Shown: positions 52,321 to 64,000 of the stretch, piece by piece
How positions within the stretch are numbered: the stretch's first letter is position 1
Layout: every line of letters begins with the position of its first letter
From: Mobula hypostoma
Taxonomy: Eukaryota
Length of the DNA: 64,000 nt
Direction: 5' to 3'
Assembly (NCBI RefSeq): GCF_963921235.1
Contig: NC_086108.1
Coordinates: 107,448,001-107,512,000 of the forward strand
Program-made: the position numbers and the translations under genes
The notes under the pieces: generated by a model
Database searches by the model: none
What the model saw: the letters and a program-made list of their open reading frames with translations, nothing else
What the model was told of the DNA's origin: nothing

Positions 52321-54559
52321 AGAGCCCCCCCTCTTCCCTCCTACGTAATCCTGCATTTTTTTTTAATCCATGTGCCTAAGAGTTTCTTAAATGCCCCTAA
52401 TGTATCTACATCTATCACCGACTCTGGGCAGGGCGTTTCATGCACCCACCACTCTCTGTAAATAACTTGCCTCTGACATGCACCCCTCCCCACTCCCAAA
52501 CTTTCCTCAAATCACCTTAAAATTATGGCCCATGGTATTAGCTAATTCTGCCTGGGGGAGAAAGTCTCTAGCTATCCATTCAATCTATACCGTTTATCAT
52601 CTTGTATACCAGAGACATGTACGTGTCTGTGTGTACATTTATAACTTCGGGGAAAGTGTTGTACAGTTGTAATTTCAACCACCATCTACTTGTCACTTAC
52701 TGAGGATGAGACACCAGAATTGTCTGACAAGATGAAATGATGCTGAAGTTTTGTCGCACAGAAGTGTATCTATTCCTGCCTGTTTATTTTAAATGGAAGT
52801 TCTGTATGCATGGTTCCTGAATGTTGTGATAGCCGGGGTGGTAATGGGGACAAGCTCCCACTACCAATAAATGCTCCCAATTGCGTGAGTTTCAAATGGC
52901 CTCTGAGAACCATGTCCTGCTCCTGGCCTTCACATGTGGCTTAGCTACTAAGCCTGGTGGAACAATTTCTACTGACAGGAGAAGAAGAAAAGGCAGGTTA
53001 CTGGCATCTTAAAACCAGTCAATTCAGGCAGATGGGTATGGCAGCTCATCGCAGACTCTTATCTCAAACCTCTGCTGCCTTCTGGATAGACCCACGCACG
53101 GGAAAGGTTTCAGGTGTAAATGCTGTGGGAAAAACCCAGAGCTGGAGTCCCTAAGGCAGTGCACCGTTGACTGGCAACTCCTGCGACGCTGCTGGTGTCT
53201 AAATGTATCAGTCTCTGAAGTGCCTTTAGATTCTTCAGCTGCATGGAGAGGGCAAGCCTGCTGTGTGGGCAGCAGCCTGGTCTCCAGATCATACTGCTCT
53301 GGCTTGCAGATCACAAACAGCTCGGACACAATATCCATGGTCAGACCTGAGCAAGAGAAGGCCAGCCAGTCCGTATGCGCAAAACCAGCTGCTTGGTTTT
53401 TCACACACGTTGTTGAGCTTCTGAATCCTCTAGACTAGGGGTTTTCAACCTTTTCATGCCATGGATTAATACCATTAAGGAAGGAGTCCAGGGACCCCAG
53501 GTTGCTCTAGCCCCTCTTGGTTTTCCTATGTTTAACTTACTGCCCAACCATGTACCAAGGGGAAGATGAGTCATACTTTTGTTTATGCTAGTTGTTTAGA
53601 AAGAGTTTACTTATTTATTTTATTAGAGATACAGTGCAGAACAGGCCCTTCCAGCCCACTGAACCATGCTACCCAGCAACCCACCTTTTTAACACTAACC
53701 TAAACACAGGACAATTAACAATGACCAATTAATCTACTAACCAATGTGTCTTTGGACTGTGGGAGGAAACCAGAGCACCTGGGGGAAACTCGTGCGGTCA
53801 CGGGCAGAACGTACAAACTCCTTACAGATGATACCGGACTTGAGCTCTGATCTCAAGCTGTAATAGCATCATAATGTCTGCTATGCTCCCATGGTGCTCC
53901 ATTAGTCCCACTGCATCGTCTTCCCCTGCAGAATGACCGACTCGTTTAACAGTCCTATTATCCATTTTGAAGACTGCTGTTTGATCACAATTCACTGAGT
54001 TTAAAGGGTACTACTCCATTAGATCTGCATTCTCCATCACAAATCTTATGCTAATATTTTTAAGAGGAAATTTTCCTTGACCCAAGTCCCATTTTGTATC
54101 TTACATTCAAAGCTCTTCTCCCTGTTGGTTCAAGCAGTCTCTGTCTAACTCTCGCTCGATGGGGTCGTGGATAAGGTTTAATCAGTGTAGTTTGTGGAAT
54201 GTACTCTATGGTTCACGTTATGTGCTTCTGGTTTCTGGTTGCTTCTTTCTTTCTTGTTGTTAGTTTGTGCGACTTTGTTTGGGGCCGACTGGCTCTGAGA
54301 GCTAAAGTTAAGAGGGACGCAGCACTAGATTGAACTGAATATGCCTGGACCGGTTTGATAACGTTGTGGTTTGGTGTTTCATTGTGTTTATTGTTTGGTG
54401 TTTGTGCAATTCTGTTCTTTTTGCGCGTTGGGTGTTTAATGTTTTTCTTTGAATGGGTTCCATGGTATTCTTTGTTTCATGGCTGATATTGAGGTTCTTC
54501 CAATCTATGTTAGGTCCTACCGATGTGGAAGAGTCTTCACCAAGACTACTCTGAAAGCA

Positions 54560-54965
54560 ACCTGAAGGCATGAATATTGATTTTCCTAACCTCCAATAAC
54601 TTCTTCACTCCCCCTCCCTTTCTGTCTTCTGCATTCTGGTTCCTCTCTTAACCCCTCTGTTCACCTCAGCTGCCCATAACCTCTCTGTGTTGCCCCTCCT
54701 CCTTTCTTTTCTCCCATGGTCTACTCTCCTGGCCTATCAGATTCTGTCTTTTACTGCTTCCACCTATCACCTCCCAGCTTCTCACTTCATCTTTCCTCCT
54801 CCACCCGCCGACCTTTCTCCTGATCTGACCTTGCCTATCACTTGCCAACTTCTACTCCTCCCCCACCTTCTGATTCTGGTCTCGGCCTGAAACGTTGCCT
54901 GTTTATTCCTCACCATAGATGCTGCCTGACCTGCTGAGTTCCTCCATCACTTTGTGTGAGTTGTC
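54560..54965 (+). mobile_element. Older Penelope pLTR fragment
   Basis: Begins ...GMNIDFPN; pyrimidine tract; partial hammerhead ggtctcggcctgaaacgtt and the shared 3' tail. Confidence 0.75.
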
Positions 54966-57519
54966 CTGCACCTTTCAAGTCGGCGCAGAGGAATTCTTAC
55001 TGCTGTCGTTAACAATTTATCTGTGAGGCAGATTAGCTAATCATTACGTGTCAAAGGACCTTGCTTGCTATGTGCAAATTGGCAGCTTCATCGCCAATGT
55101 GGCTCTTTCAAACACAATTTGGCTTTAACGATCCCAAATGTGAAGCGAGGTTCTTCCGTGCAGTTCCCTCTTTTGCTAGCAGCCTCTCCAGCAGAGCCGC
55201 AGCAGTTGGCTGCTGATGCCTTCTCTGACTGGCACCAGATTGTTGTGGGCAGATTTCAGCATTTCAGTACCAGCAGGCCTTTGGCTTCAGTGCGAGGGTT
55301 GGCAGGAAAACAAGGGAAGAGATTGGACCAGCTTCTGTTTAGAGGATATTAGTAGCTCAGACTCCCTACACACTCACAGTCTGGTAAAAACGGAGCCAAT
55401 TCCCAACCCAGATGAACAAATTATAATAAAGTCCAGGGTACGATCAGTAGGATGCTGCTTATTTATTGATGCTGTGGAGCATTTGACAGTCCCAATAATT
55501 ACTACTTACTCACTTGGCAATGCACAGTCCCTGCGTCCTGAAACTCATGCCACGTTGTTTTCTATTTAATAATGTCTCTCTGCAAAGATTTGGACCTTCT
55601 GAAATACTTTCTCAAAACTCTTGAAGGCTTATTGAATTGTATAACATCACGAGAGGCGTGAATGTGATGAATTTGATCAAGGTATAAAAACTTGAGAGGT
55701 ATAGATTGGGTAAATGGGCCTATATTTCCTGGAGTTTAGAAGAATGAGGAAGGATCTCATTAAAAGATCCCGATAGAGTGGATGTGGAAAAGATGTTTCC
55801 TGCAGTGGGGAAGTCTGGGATCAGAGGGCACAGCCTCAGAATTGACAGGCATCCATTTAGAACAGAGATCAGGAACGATTTCTTTAGCCAGAGAATGGTG
55901 AATCTGTGGAATTCAGTGCACCAGATGGTTGTGGAGGTGAAGTCATTGGGTCTATTTAAGGCAGAGATTGAAGAGTTCTTGATTAAGCTGTGTCGAAGTT
56001 TGTCTGTTTATTTATTTACTGAGATACAGTGTGGAATATTCCGGCCCTTTGAGCCACACCACCCAGCAATCCTTGATATAATCCCAGCCTAATCACAGTA
56101 CAATTTACAATGACCAATTAACCTACCAACTGGTATGTCTTTGGACTGTGGGAGGAAACCAGAGCACCTGGAGGAAACCCATGCAGTCATAAGACCATAA
56201 GACAAAGGAGCAGAAGTCGGCCATTCAGCCCATCGAGTCTGCTCCGCCATTTTATCATGGGCTGATCCATTCTCCCATTTAGTCCCACTCCCCTGCCTTC
56301 TCACCATAACCTTTGATGCCCTGGCTACTCAGATACCTATCAATCTCTGCCTTAAATACACCCAATGACTTGGCCTCCACTGCCGCCCGTGGCAACAAAT
56401 TCCATAGATTCACCACCCTCTGGCTAAAAAAATTTCTTCATCTCTGTTCTGAATAGGCACCCTTCAATCCTTAAGTCATTCCCTCTCGTACTAGACTCCC
56501 CCATCATGGGGAGTATGTACAACCTCCTTACAAGCAACCGAGGGAAATAAACCTGGGATGCTGGTATTAAAAAGCATTGTGCTAACCTCTATGCTACCAT
56601 TATGGGGAGAAGGTAGATTAATGGGGCTGAGAGGGCAATGGATCAGCCATGATGAAATTGTGGAACAGACTCGATGGGCCAAATGACCTAATTTGGCTCC
56701 CGTATCTTATGGTCTTGATGCAAACAAGGTTCTTCAACTGAGTTTGGTGAGATTAAAAGTCAAGCTACAGATGTACTGTGGACTGGTTATGTGACTGTGG
56801 TATGGAGGTTTAAATGAACAGGAGCTCAAAAAACTGCAGAGGGTTGTAAACATGCTTAGTTCCAACATGGTCATCAGCCTCCCCAACTTTAAGTACATCT
56901 TTAATAGGTGGTGCCTCAGGAAGGTGGAGTCATCATACAGGACAGGACCTCTTCTCATTACTACCATCAGGAAGGAGGTACAGGAGCCTGAAAATCTGCA
57001 TTGAACGTTTTAGGAACAGCTTCTTCCCTTCCGCCATCAGAATTCTGAACGGTCCAGGAATACTACCTCACTACTTTGTATTCTTTTGGCACTTTTTTTA
57101 TAGATTCTTACTGTAATTTGTAATTCCATGTATTGCACTATACTGCTGTGAACCAATATTTGTCAGTGATAATAAGGCCAGAGAGGCATAGACAGAGTAG
57201 ACAGACAGTACCTTTATCCCACCATCGAAATATTTAATACCAGTGGGCATGTATTTAAGTTTGGGGGGAGGATGGTAATTTCAAAAGGGGTGTAAGGGGC
57301 AAAGTTTTTTTTGCACAAAATATAGCAGGAGTGCCAGGAAGGTGCTGCCTGGGGTGGTGGTAGGGGTGATGTAATGAGGTGCTTTTGAGAGATGTTTGTA
57401 TAGGTACATGGATGTGAGGAAAATGGAAATGTATGGACATTAACTAGGTCTAAGATCAGACTAAGGTTGATGTAGGAATACTTAACAGAAATCCAAAAGT
57501 AGTGAGGTTGTAGAGTAAC

Positions 57520-58200
57520 CTCTTGGCTTCTAGCTGGGTACAGGTATCGAATATAACCAATGTTCCGATGACAAACTCTGCCATCTTCATCAGGGAAGAT
57601 GCCTGAGCATGTCTAGTCTGGTGATATTTATACGCCTGTCATCCATCCCTCTTGATTGGTTAGTCCTCATCCAATTAGGTTTCTACTCTCCCACCTTGTT
57701 TATAATCGAATTCCAGTTCTTACTTAGAGTGAGAACTTCATCTTCGTTAAAATTCTATTCCTCTAGTTTTATTTCAATGGTTTCTTTCACCAGATGGTCC
57801 CAAATGCCATTGGTGTCGCACAGTCGTTTTGTTCTGTCAAAGTCAATCCTATGGTCATTGCAGTTGCAATGTTTTGCTACCACCAATTTCTCCAGGTAAC
57901 CCAAATCCTGGAAATGCCAGCCGTCCTGAGTTCCCGATCATCTTTGACCCGCATAAGCTGTGATTTCTGCTTCCTTGCAGATTTGTGGATAGTATCATTC
58001 TAGTCTGTCTTCAGTATCCCAGCAGTTCTTCCAGAAACCATGGAAATATAGGGAAGACAGGCAGTAGTGATGGGTTCCTCCTCATAGTTAGCTTTCCAGG
58101 TTTTCTCTTCGGTCCTTTTGAGGGCTTGATTGATTTCCTTCACGTTGTAGTCATTCTGTAGGAATGCCGTGCGTAATCGTCTCTACCTCTCATGGATCCA
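57520..58200 (-). mobile_element. Second, decayed Penelope family (Penelope/Poseidon-type) with internal deletion
   Basis: Reverse-strand LPYISMVSGR...KSQLMRVKDD...AGISRI, then VAKHCNCNDHRIDFD.TK.L....WDHLVKETIEIK...NFNEDE..LSKNW (GIY-YIG C-terminus). Carries its own hammerhead-like motif at 57557-57595. Confidence 0.8.
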
Positions 58201-58740
58201 TAGATGCTGCCTGACGTGTTCAGTCTGTGTGTGTCTAGATTTCCAGCATCTGTAGAATCTCTTGTGACTATTCAATTATGCCTGTTTTTTCCTCCTCAGC
58301 CCCACTCTCCATGTTGGGTGGCAGGGTTGAGATACATCTCTACCAAGGGAGGTGTAGGGCACTCCTTCCCTCCATTAGCCTGCAGGTCACTCTTGGGCAA
58401 GGCGTAGCATCTGCATAGTTCCATGATCAGCATCACGGGAGTAGGAGGTGGATGGTTGTATGAGCAGCTGGTGCATATCACAAATCCTGGTTATGCGACC
58501 GGTGATGCCAGGCTAAACATCTCTGAAGAGTATTCATAATGGCTGGGGTCACCCATCTTGTAAAGGCACTGTCCAGAAGAAGGCAATGGCAAACCACTTC
58601 TGTAGAAAATTTTGCCAAGGGCTATCTTGGTATCCCAATGAAGGATCTCAGGCCAAAACTGTCGACTGTTTATTCCTGCAACACACATCAAAGTTGCTGG
58701 TGAACGCAGCAGGCCAAGCAGCATCTGTAGGAAGAGGTGC

Positions 58741-58776
58741 AGTCGACGTTTCAGGCCGAGACCCTTCGTCAGGACT
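58741..58776 (-). ncRNA. Minimal type I hammerhead ribozyme motif (intact core)
   Basis: Reverse complement: AGTC-CTGACGA-AGGGTCTCGGCCT-GAAAC-GTC-GACT. Confidence 0.85.
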
Positions 58777-59066
58777 AACTGAAGGAAGAGTGAGTAAGGG
58801 ATTTGAAAGTTGGAGGGGGAGATCCAAAATGATAGGAGAAGACAGGAGGGGGGGAGGGATAGAGCCAAGAGCTGGACAGGTGATAGGCAAAAGGGGATAC
58901 GAGAGGATCATGGGACAGGAGGTCTGGGAAGAAAGACAAGGGGTGGGGGACCCAGAAGATGGGAAAGAGGTATATTCAGAGGGACAGAGGGAGAAAAAGG
59001 AGAGTGAGAGAAAGAATGTGTGCATAAAAATGAGTAACAGATGGGGTACGAGGGGGAGGTGGGGCC

Positions 59067-60101
59067 TTAGCGGAAGTTAGAGAAGTCGATGTTCATGCCA
59101 TCAGGTTGGAGGCTACCCAGACGGAATATAAGGTGTTGTTCTTCCAACCTGAGTGTGGCTTCATCTTTACAGTAGAGGAGGCCGTGGATAGACATGTCAG
59201 AATGGGAATGGGATGTGGAATTAAAATGTGTGGCCACTGGGAGATCCTGCTTTCTCTGGCGGACAGAGCGTAGATGTTCAGCAAAGCGGTCTCCCAGTCT
59301 GCGTCGGGTCTCGCCAATATATAAAAGGCCACATCGGGAGCACCGGACGCAGTATATCACCCCAGTCGACTCACAGGTGAAGTGTTGCCTCACCTGGAAG
59401 GACTGTTCGGGGCCCTGAATGGTGGTAAGGGAGGAAGTGTAAGGGCATGTGTAGCACTTGTTCCGCTTACACGGATAAGTGCCAGGAGGGAGATCAGTGG
59501 GGAGGGATGGGGGGGACGAATGGACAAGGGAGTTGCGTAGGGAGCGATCCCTGCGGAATGCAGAGAGAGGCGGGGAGGGAAAGATGTGCTTAGTGGTGGG
59601 ATCCCGTAGGAGGTGGCGGAAGTTACGGAGAATAATATGTTGGACCCAGAGGCTGGTGGGGTGGTAGGTGAGGACCAGGGGAACCCTATTCCTAGTGGGG
59701 TGGCGGGAGGATGGAGTGAGAGCAGATGTACGTGAAATGGGGGAGATGCGTTTAAGAGCAGAGTTGATAGTGGAGGAAGGGAGGCCCCTTTCTTTAAAAA
59801 AGGAAGACACCTCCCTCGTTCTAGAATGAAAAGCCTCATCCTGAGAGCAGATGCGGCGGAGACGGAGGAATTGCGAGAAGGGGATGGCGTTTTTGCAAGA
59901 GACAGGGTGAGAAGAGGAATAGTCCAGATAGCTGTGAGAGTCAGTAGGCTTATAGTAGACATCAGCAGATAAGCTGTCTCCAGAGACAGAGACAGAAAGA
60001 TCTAGAAAGGGGAGGGAGGTGTCAGAAATGGACCAGGTAAACTTGAGGGCAGGGTGAAAGTTGGAGGCAAAGTTAATAAAGTCAACGAGTTCTGCATGCA
60101 T
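59067..60101 (-). CDS. Penelope RT C-terminal part + Cys-rich linker + GIY-YIG endonuclease (truncated transposon ORF)
   Basis: 344-aa ORF in the track with the motifs listed above; it lacks the N-terminal RT, so it is not autonomous. Confidence 0.85.
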   Translation of the reverse strand: MHAELVDFINFASNFHPALKFTWSISDTSLPFLDLSVSVSGDSLSADVYYKPTDSHSYLDYSSSHPVSCKNAIPFSQFLRLRRICSQDEAFHSRTREVSSFFKERGLPSSTINSALKRISPISRTSALTPSSRHPTRNRVPLVLTYHPTSLWVQHIILRNFRHLLRDPTTKHIFPSPPLSAFRRDRSLRNSLVHSSPPSLPTDLPPGTYPCKRNKCYTCPYTSSLTTIQGPEQSFQVRQHFTCESTGVIYCVRCSRCGLLYIGETRRRLGDRFAEHLRSVRQRKQDLPVATHFNSTSHSHSDMSIHGLLYCKDEATLRLEEQHLIFRLGSLQPDGMNIDFSNFR

Positions 60102-61539
60102 GCTGGAAGCAGCGCCAATGCAGTCGTCGTTGTTGTTGACTGTTTATTCCTTTCCATAGATGCTGCCTGTCCTGCTGAGTTTCTGCAGCATTTTGTGTGA
60201 TTTCCAGCATCTGCAGGTGTTCTTGTGTTTATGGATAGAGATCATCCACATCATGTGATGCAGTGCCTAATGGTGATGATTGATTAATTGAAATTTACTC
60301 TTAAAAAAATTTGATTTTTTAAAATCAGACGTATCTTTGTGTGGAGTTAATATTTCGTATTCCATTTCTTATCACCTTGTATTGGGCATTACCTGTATGG
60401 TTGTCACTCCAAACACCCTGCTTCAAATGAGTCTGTGTTCTTTACCTCCCCCACTTGGCAGACAAAACAAGTTGGACAAGTTACTCCAGCAGGTTCTGAA
60501 CTTGGACTTTGTGACTGGAAACCTTTTGGTCACTAAATGCAAAAAACTTTCATAGCAAGAAGCCATGCGGTGTGGGAACAGGCCCTTTGGCCCATTGGAT
60601 CCATGCCAGCCATCAAACACCTGTCAATGAGCTCCCTTCCATTCTGCCCACATTTCCATCAGCCCCACGTCTTAAGCACAAAAGTCTCTGCAGATGCTGG
60701 AAGTTGGCAGGTGAGGAGAAGAGAAATGAAAAGAGGGGAGCCAGGTCACCTGCCAGTTTGTACTCCTTTCCAACAACCAGCCCACCCCCTCCAGCTTATT
60801 GTGATGTCTACCCCCTTTCTTTTCAGTCTTGATGAAGGGTCTCAGCCTGAACTGTTGACTCCTTGTTCCTCTGCATAGATGCTGCCTGGCCTGCTTAGCA
60901 GTCCCACACCCTGATGCTTACTTACACACTAGGGGCATTTTGCAGTGCCCAGTTCAACCTAACCTGCGCAGCTCTGGGACGTGGAAGGAAACGGGAGCAC
61001 CCATGATAGGGAAACCGATGCAGGCACAGGGAAAACATACAAACTCCACACAGACAGCACTGACACCTAACTAGAACCTGAATCAATGGAATTGAGTCAG
61101 ATTCTCTACTTTCCCTCCGGGCTTGATCTTGTTCCATGATCCTCGCAATGATAGAAACCACTGCTGTAACTTAATCATACAATTCAGATATGACAAGCAA
61201 AGGTCATGATGGGAGTAAATGATTTATCATCTGTTCTGAGTGATGTTGATTTATAGGATAAGAAATGTTTAAGATTACACTGAGATCACACTTGGTTGTC
61301 CTTTTTAGTTTTCTTTTGGTTCAGAAAAATGGTTGTAGGAACAGAGAAGGGAGTTGTGAATCAGGTTAGGCTAAAGCAGGAGTTTCCAAACTTTTTTATG
61401 TCATGTACCCCTATCCTTAACCAAGGGTCCATAAACCCCTTTTGGGAACCACTGGAAAGGGACAGGGATGTGGGTAATTCAAAGTTCAGAGTAAATTTTG
61501 TTATTAAAGTACATATGTGTCACCATATACAACCCTGAG

Positions 61540-62500
61540 ATTCAGGTTACTGAAAAGCACAAGCCAGGAGATGGATGCAAGAAAATTTCCAAGTCACTGA
61601 ATGTCCCTTGGAGTACAGTTAAGTCCATCATCAAGAAATGCAAAGACTATGACACAGCTGTAGATCTGCTTAGAGCAGGCTGTCCTCAAAAATTGAGTGA
61701 CTATGCAAGAAGGGGACTAGTGAGGGAGGCCATCAAGAGACCTATGACAACTCTGGAGGAGTTACAAGCTTCAATGGCTGAGATGGGAGAGATTGCACAT
61801 ACAACAACTGTTGTCCAGGTGCTTCACCAGTCACAACTTTATGGAAGAGTGATAAAGAGAAAGACACTATTGAAAAAACTTCCGTGAAACCACCGGGAGA
61901 AGGTTCAGGGGCTTGAAGACTCATACGGCCAGATTTGGGAACAGCTTCTTTCCAACTGTGATAAGACTGCTGAACGGATCCTGACCCAGATCTGGGCCGT
62001 ACCCTCCAAATATCCGGACCTGCCTCTCGGTTTTTTTTTTGTACCACCTTACTTCCAATTTTTCCATTTTCTATTTATGATTTATAATTTAAGTTTTTAA
62101 TATTTACTAATTTAACTATTTTTAATATCTTTAATATTTAATATTTGTAATCCAGAGAGTGTGAAGCGCAGAATCAAATATCGCTGTGATGATTGTACGT
62201 TCTAGTACCAATTGTTTGGCGACAATAAAGTATAAATCTCGACAAGAGTTTGCCATAAGGTATGTGGGAGACTCCCAAGTCAGCTGGAAGAAGGTTCTGT
62301 AATCTGATGAAACCAAAATTGAGCTTTTTGGCCATCAGACTAAACACTATGTAGAGATCTATTTTCACTTTGACTCAAAAGAGAATTTTCTGTTGATCAG
62401 TCAAAAAATCCAAATTAAATCCACTCTGATTCAATATTGTAAAACAATAAAACATGAAAACTCCCGGGGGTAGGGGGGAGGTGTGAATATTTCTTGTAGA
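61540..62500 (+). mobile_element. Tc1-family transposase remnant interrupted by a Rex1-like 3' end (about 61890-62237)
   Basis: G.GCKKISKSLNVPWSTVKSIIKK...R.G.P.KLS...LVRE...PMTTLEELQ...LYGRV, resuming after the insert with WKKVL*SDETKIELFG. Confidence 0.85.
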
Positions 62501-64000
62501 CGTCATGCCAAATCTCCACAGACTCCTAAGGAGGTAGAGGCACTTCCCTTGCTTTCTTAAGTGTTGGGTCCAGGCCAGGTTCTATGAAATAGTAACACCC
62601 AAGAATTTAAGTTGGTAACCCTCTTCACTTCTGATTCTGTGATGAGGACCTCTGATTTCCCTCTTCTGAAGTCTACCATCGGTTTCTAGGTCTTGCTGAC
62701 ATTAAGTGAAAGGTTGGTGTTATGACACCACTCAGCTAAATTTTTGATCACCCTCTTGAATGCTAATTCACCGCCAGCGCCATTAGACGACAGGCGAGAG
62801 CCTAGGTTTCCATTCACCATTCAAAGGCCGGTGCCGTTGATGTGGTCAGATGTCAGGCCAGCAGACAGGCAAGGACAGGGTGCCTTACATCTGTGAGCTG
62901 GGGAGGTCAGAGTTCAAGGCCTGGAGGTCAGGTCCTCATCCAGGGTTTTTATTTGTCATCACTGGCGAGTACTGGTTGGATACTGAAATTTGGGGTGCAA
63001 AGGTTAATCACAGGTCCGTAAGTTGAGGTCTGATCTTCGATCTCCGGGGCCCTGAGTCTGCCAATCTCCACTAGACTGCTGGGGAAGTTGAGGGCTCAAT
63101 GTCTGTGAACCCTCGGGTCCGCTGGAGTTTGAAGACAGCCTGTCCTAGGATTAGAGGTGTGTGTGTGAGGGTGGGTGGAAGGAAGTAATGAGGCTTGTTT
63201 TGCTGTTCTTGTGTGGTGTGTTGTTCTGCTGCACATTGTGGGTATGCTGTGTTGGTGCCGGAATGTGTGGTGACACTTGTGGCCTATCCTCAAGCGTGTT
63301 GGTTGTTAACACAAACAACATATTTCACTGCATGTTTTGATAAACTAAATCAGAATTATTCAGAAAACTGCAGCCACTAGCGCTGTTCTTCTGTGGTACC
63401 TGGAATCTTCGATGTTCACTTCAGAGAGCTGGCACGGAGTCTGACATAAAAGGTAGTGCTCTAACTATGTAGTCTTCCTTCAGCAGCACACTGGAGAGCA
63501 AAGCCAGTGCAGGGCTAAGAACCAAAGCTGCAGGACACTAATTCTCCACTAACTCAATTTGCTCTTCGCACATTTCCACCAATTTCATGACACGCACCAC
63601 CCCCCAGCCATCCGCTCTTAGTTATGTGCACTAAGGGCTACTTACTATCGAACCTAGAGCTGCAATGGTCCACAATGCTAAGGTGCCACTGCAGAGAAGG
63701 GGTTAGAAAAATCCTGTTACAGCTCAGAGTTTGCAGTTCAATTCCAGTGCCATCTTTAAGGACTTTGTACTCCCTCTGATTGTGTGGATTTACTCTGGGT
63801 GCTCTGTTTTCCCTCCCAGGACGTACCGTTGTAAATTGCCCTGTGATTAGACTGAGGTTAGATAGGTGGTTTGCTGGGCTGGGCAGCACGTGCTCAGTTG
63901 GCCAGAGGGTCCGGTCCCATGCTGTATCTCTAAACAAATGAATAAAATGTTGGGCTGACCTTCTAACATACCCCACGATCAATTTAACCCTCTAACCCCA

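Larger units (their letters stand above)
58678..60133 (-). mobile_element. Young 5'-truncated Neptune-type Penelope element
   Basis: Uninterrupted frame from RT DDCIG (about 60128) through FLDL, YYKPTDSHSYL, CKRNKCYTC and GVIYCxRCSRCGLLYIGET to the stop at 59067. TSD gactgtttattcct (58664-58677, 60138-60151). Confidence 0.95.

Noticed and set aside
1..64000. CRISPR array, prokaryotic operon or endogenous viral gene
   Set aside because: No regularly spaced repeats, no gene-dense organisation and no viral protein motifs; all long ORFs are explained by eukaryotic transposons.

Overview
This is eukaryotic, repeat-dominated vertebrate DNA. The repeat mix (CR1, Rex1/Babar, V-SINE/HE1-like SINEs, Neptune-type Penelope, RTE, L1, Tc1, Tigger/hAT MITEs) suggests a cartilaginous fish, probably a ray; this is an inference. 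I could not support any host protein-coding exon, and every recognisable ORF is transposon-derived. The main elements are: a ~3.3 kb decayed Hero-like (RLE-type) retrotransposon at 3.6-7.0 kb; a young CR1 at 22.2-23.5 kb; two young Neptune-type Penelope insertions with target-site duplications (TSDs) at 44.4-46.7 kb (inverted structure, inside an L1) and 58.7-60.1 kb; a decayed second Penelope family at 57.5-58.2 kb; and a solo LTR. A CpG-rich unique region at about 11.8-13.4 kb with splice-donor motifs may be the promoter or first exon(s) of a + strand gene whose first intron fills much of the window. The most interesting signal is a dense set of minimal type I hammerhead ribozyme motifs carried by Penelope terminal repeats. 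These include tiny (180-240 bp) TSD-flanked fold-back elements and one Penelope copy inserted at the cleavage site of an older hammerhead. Boundaries of decayed repeats are approximate (read by eye).
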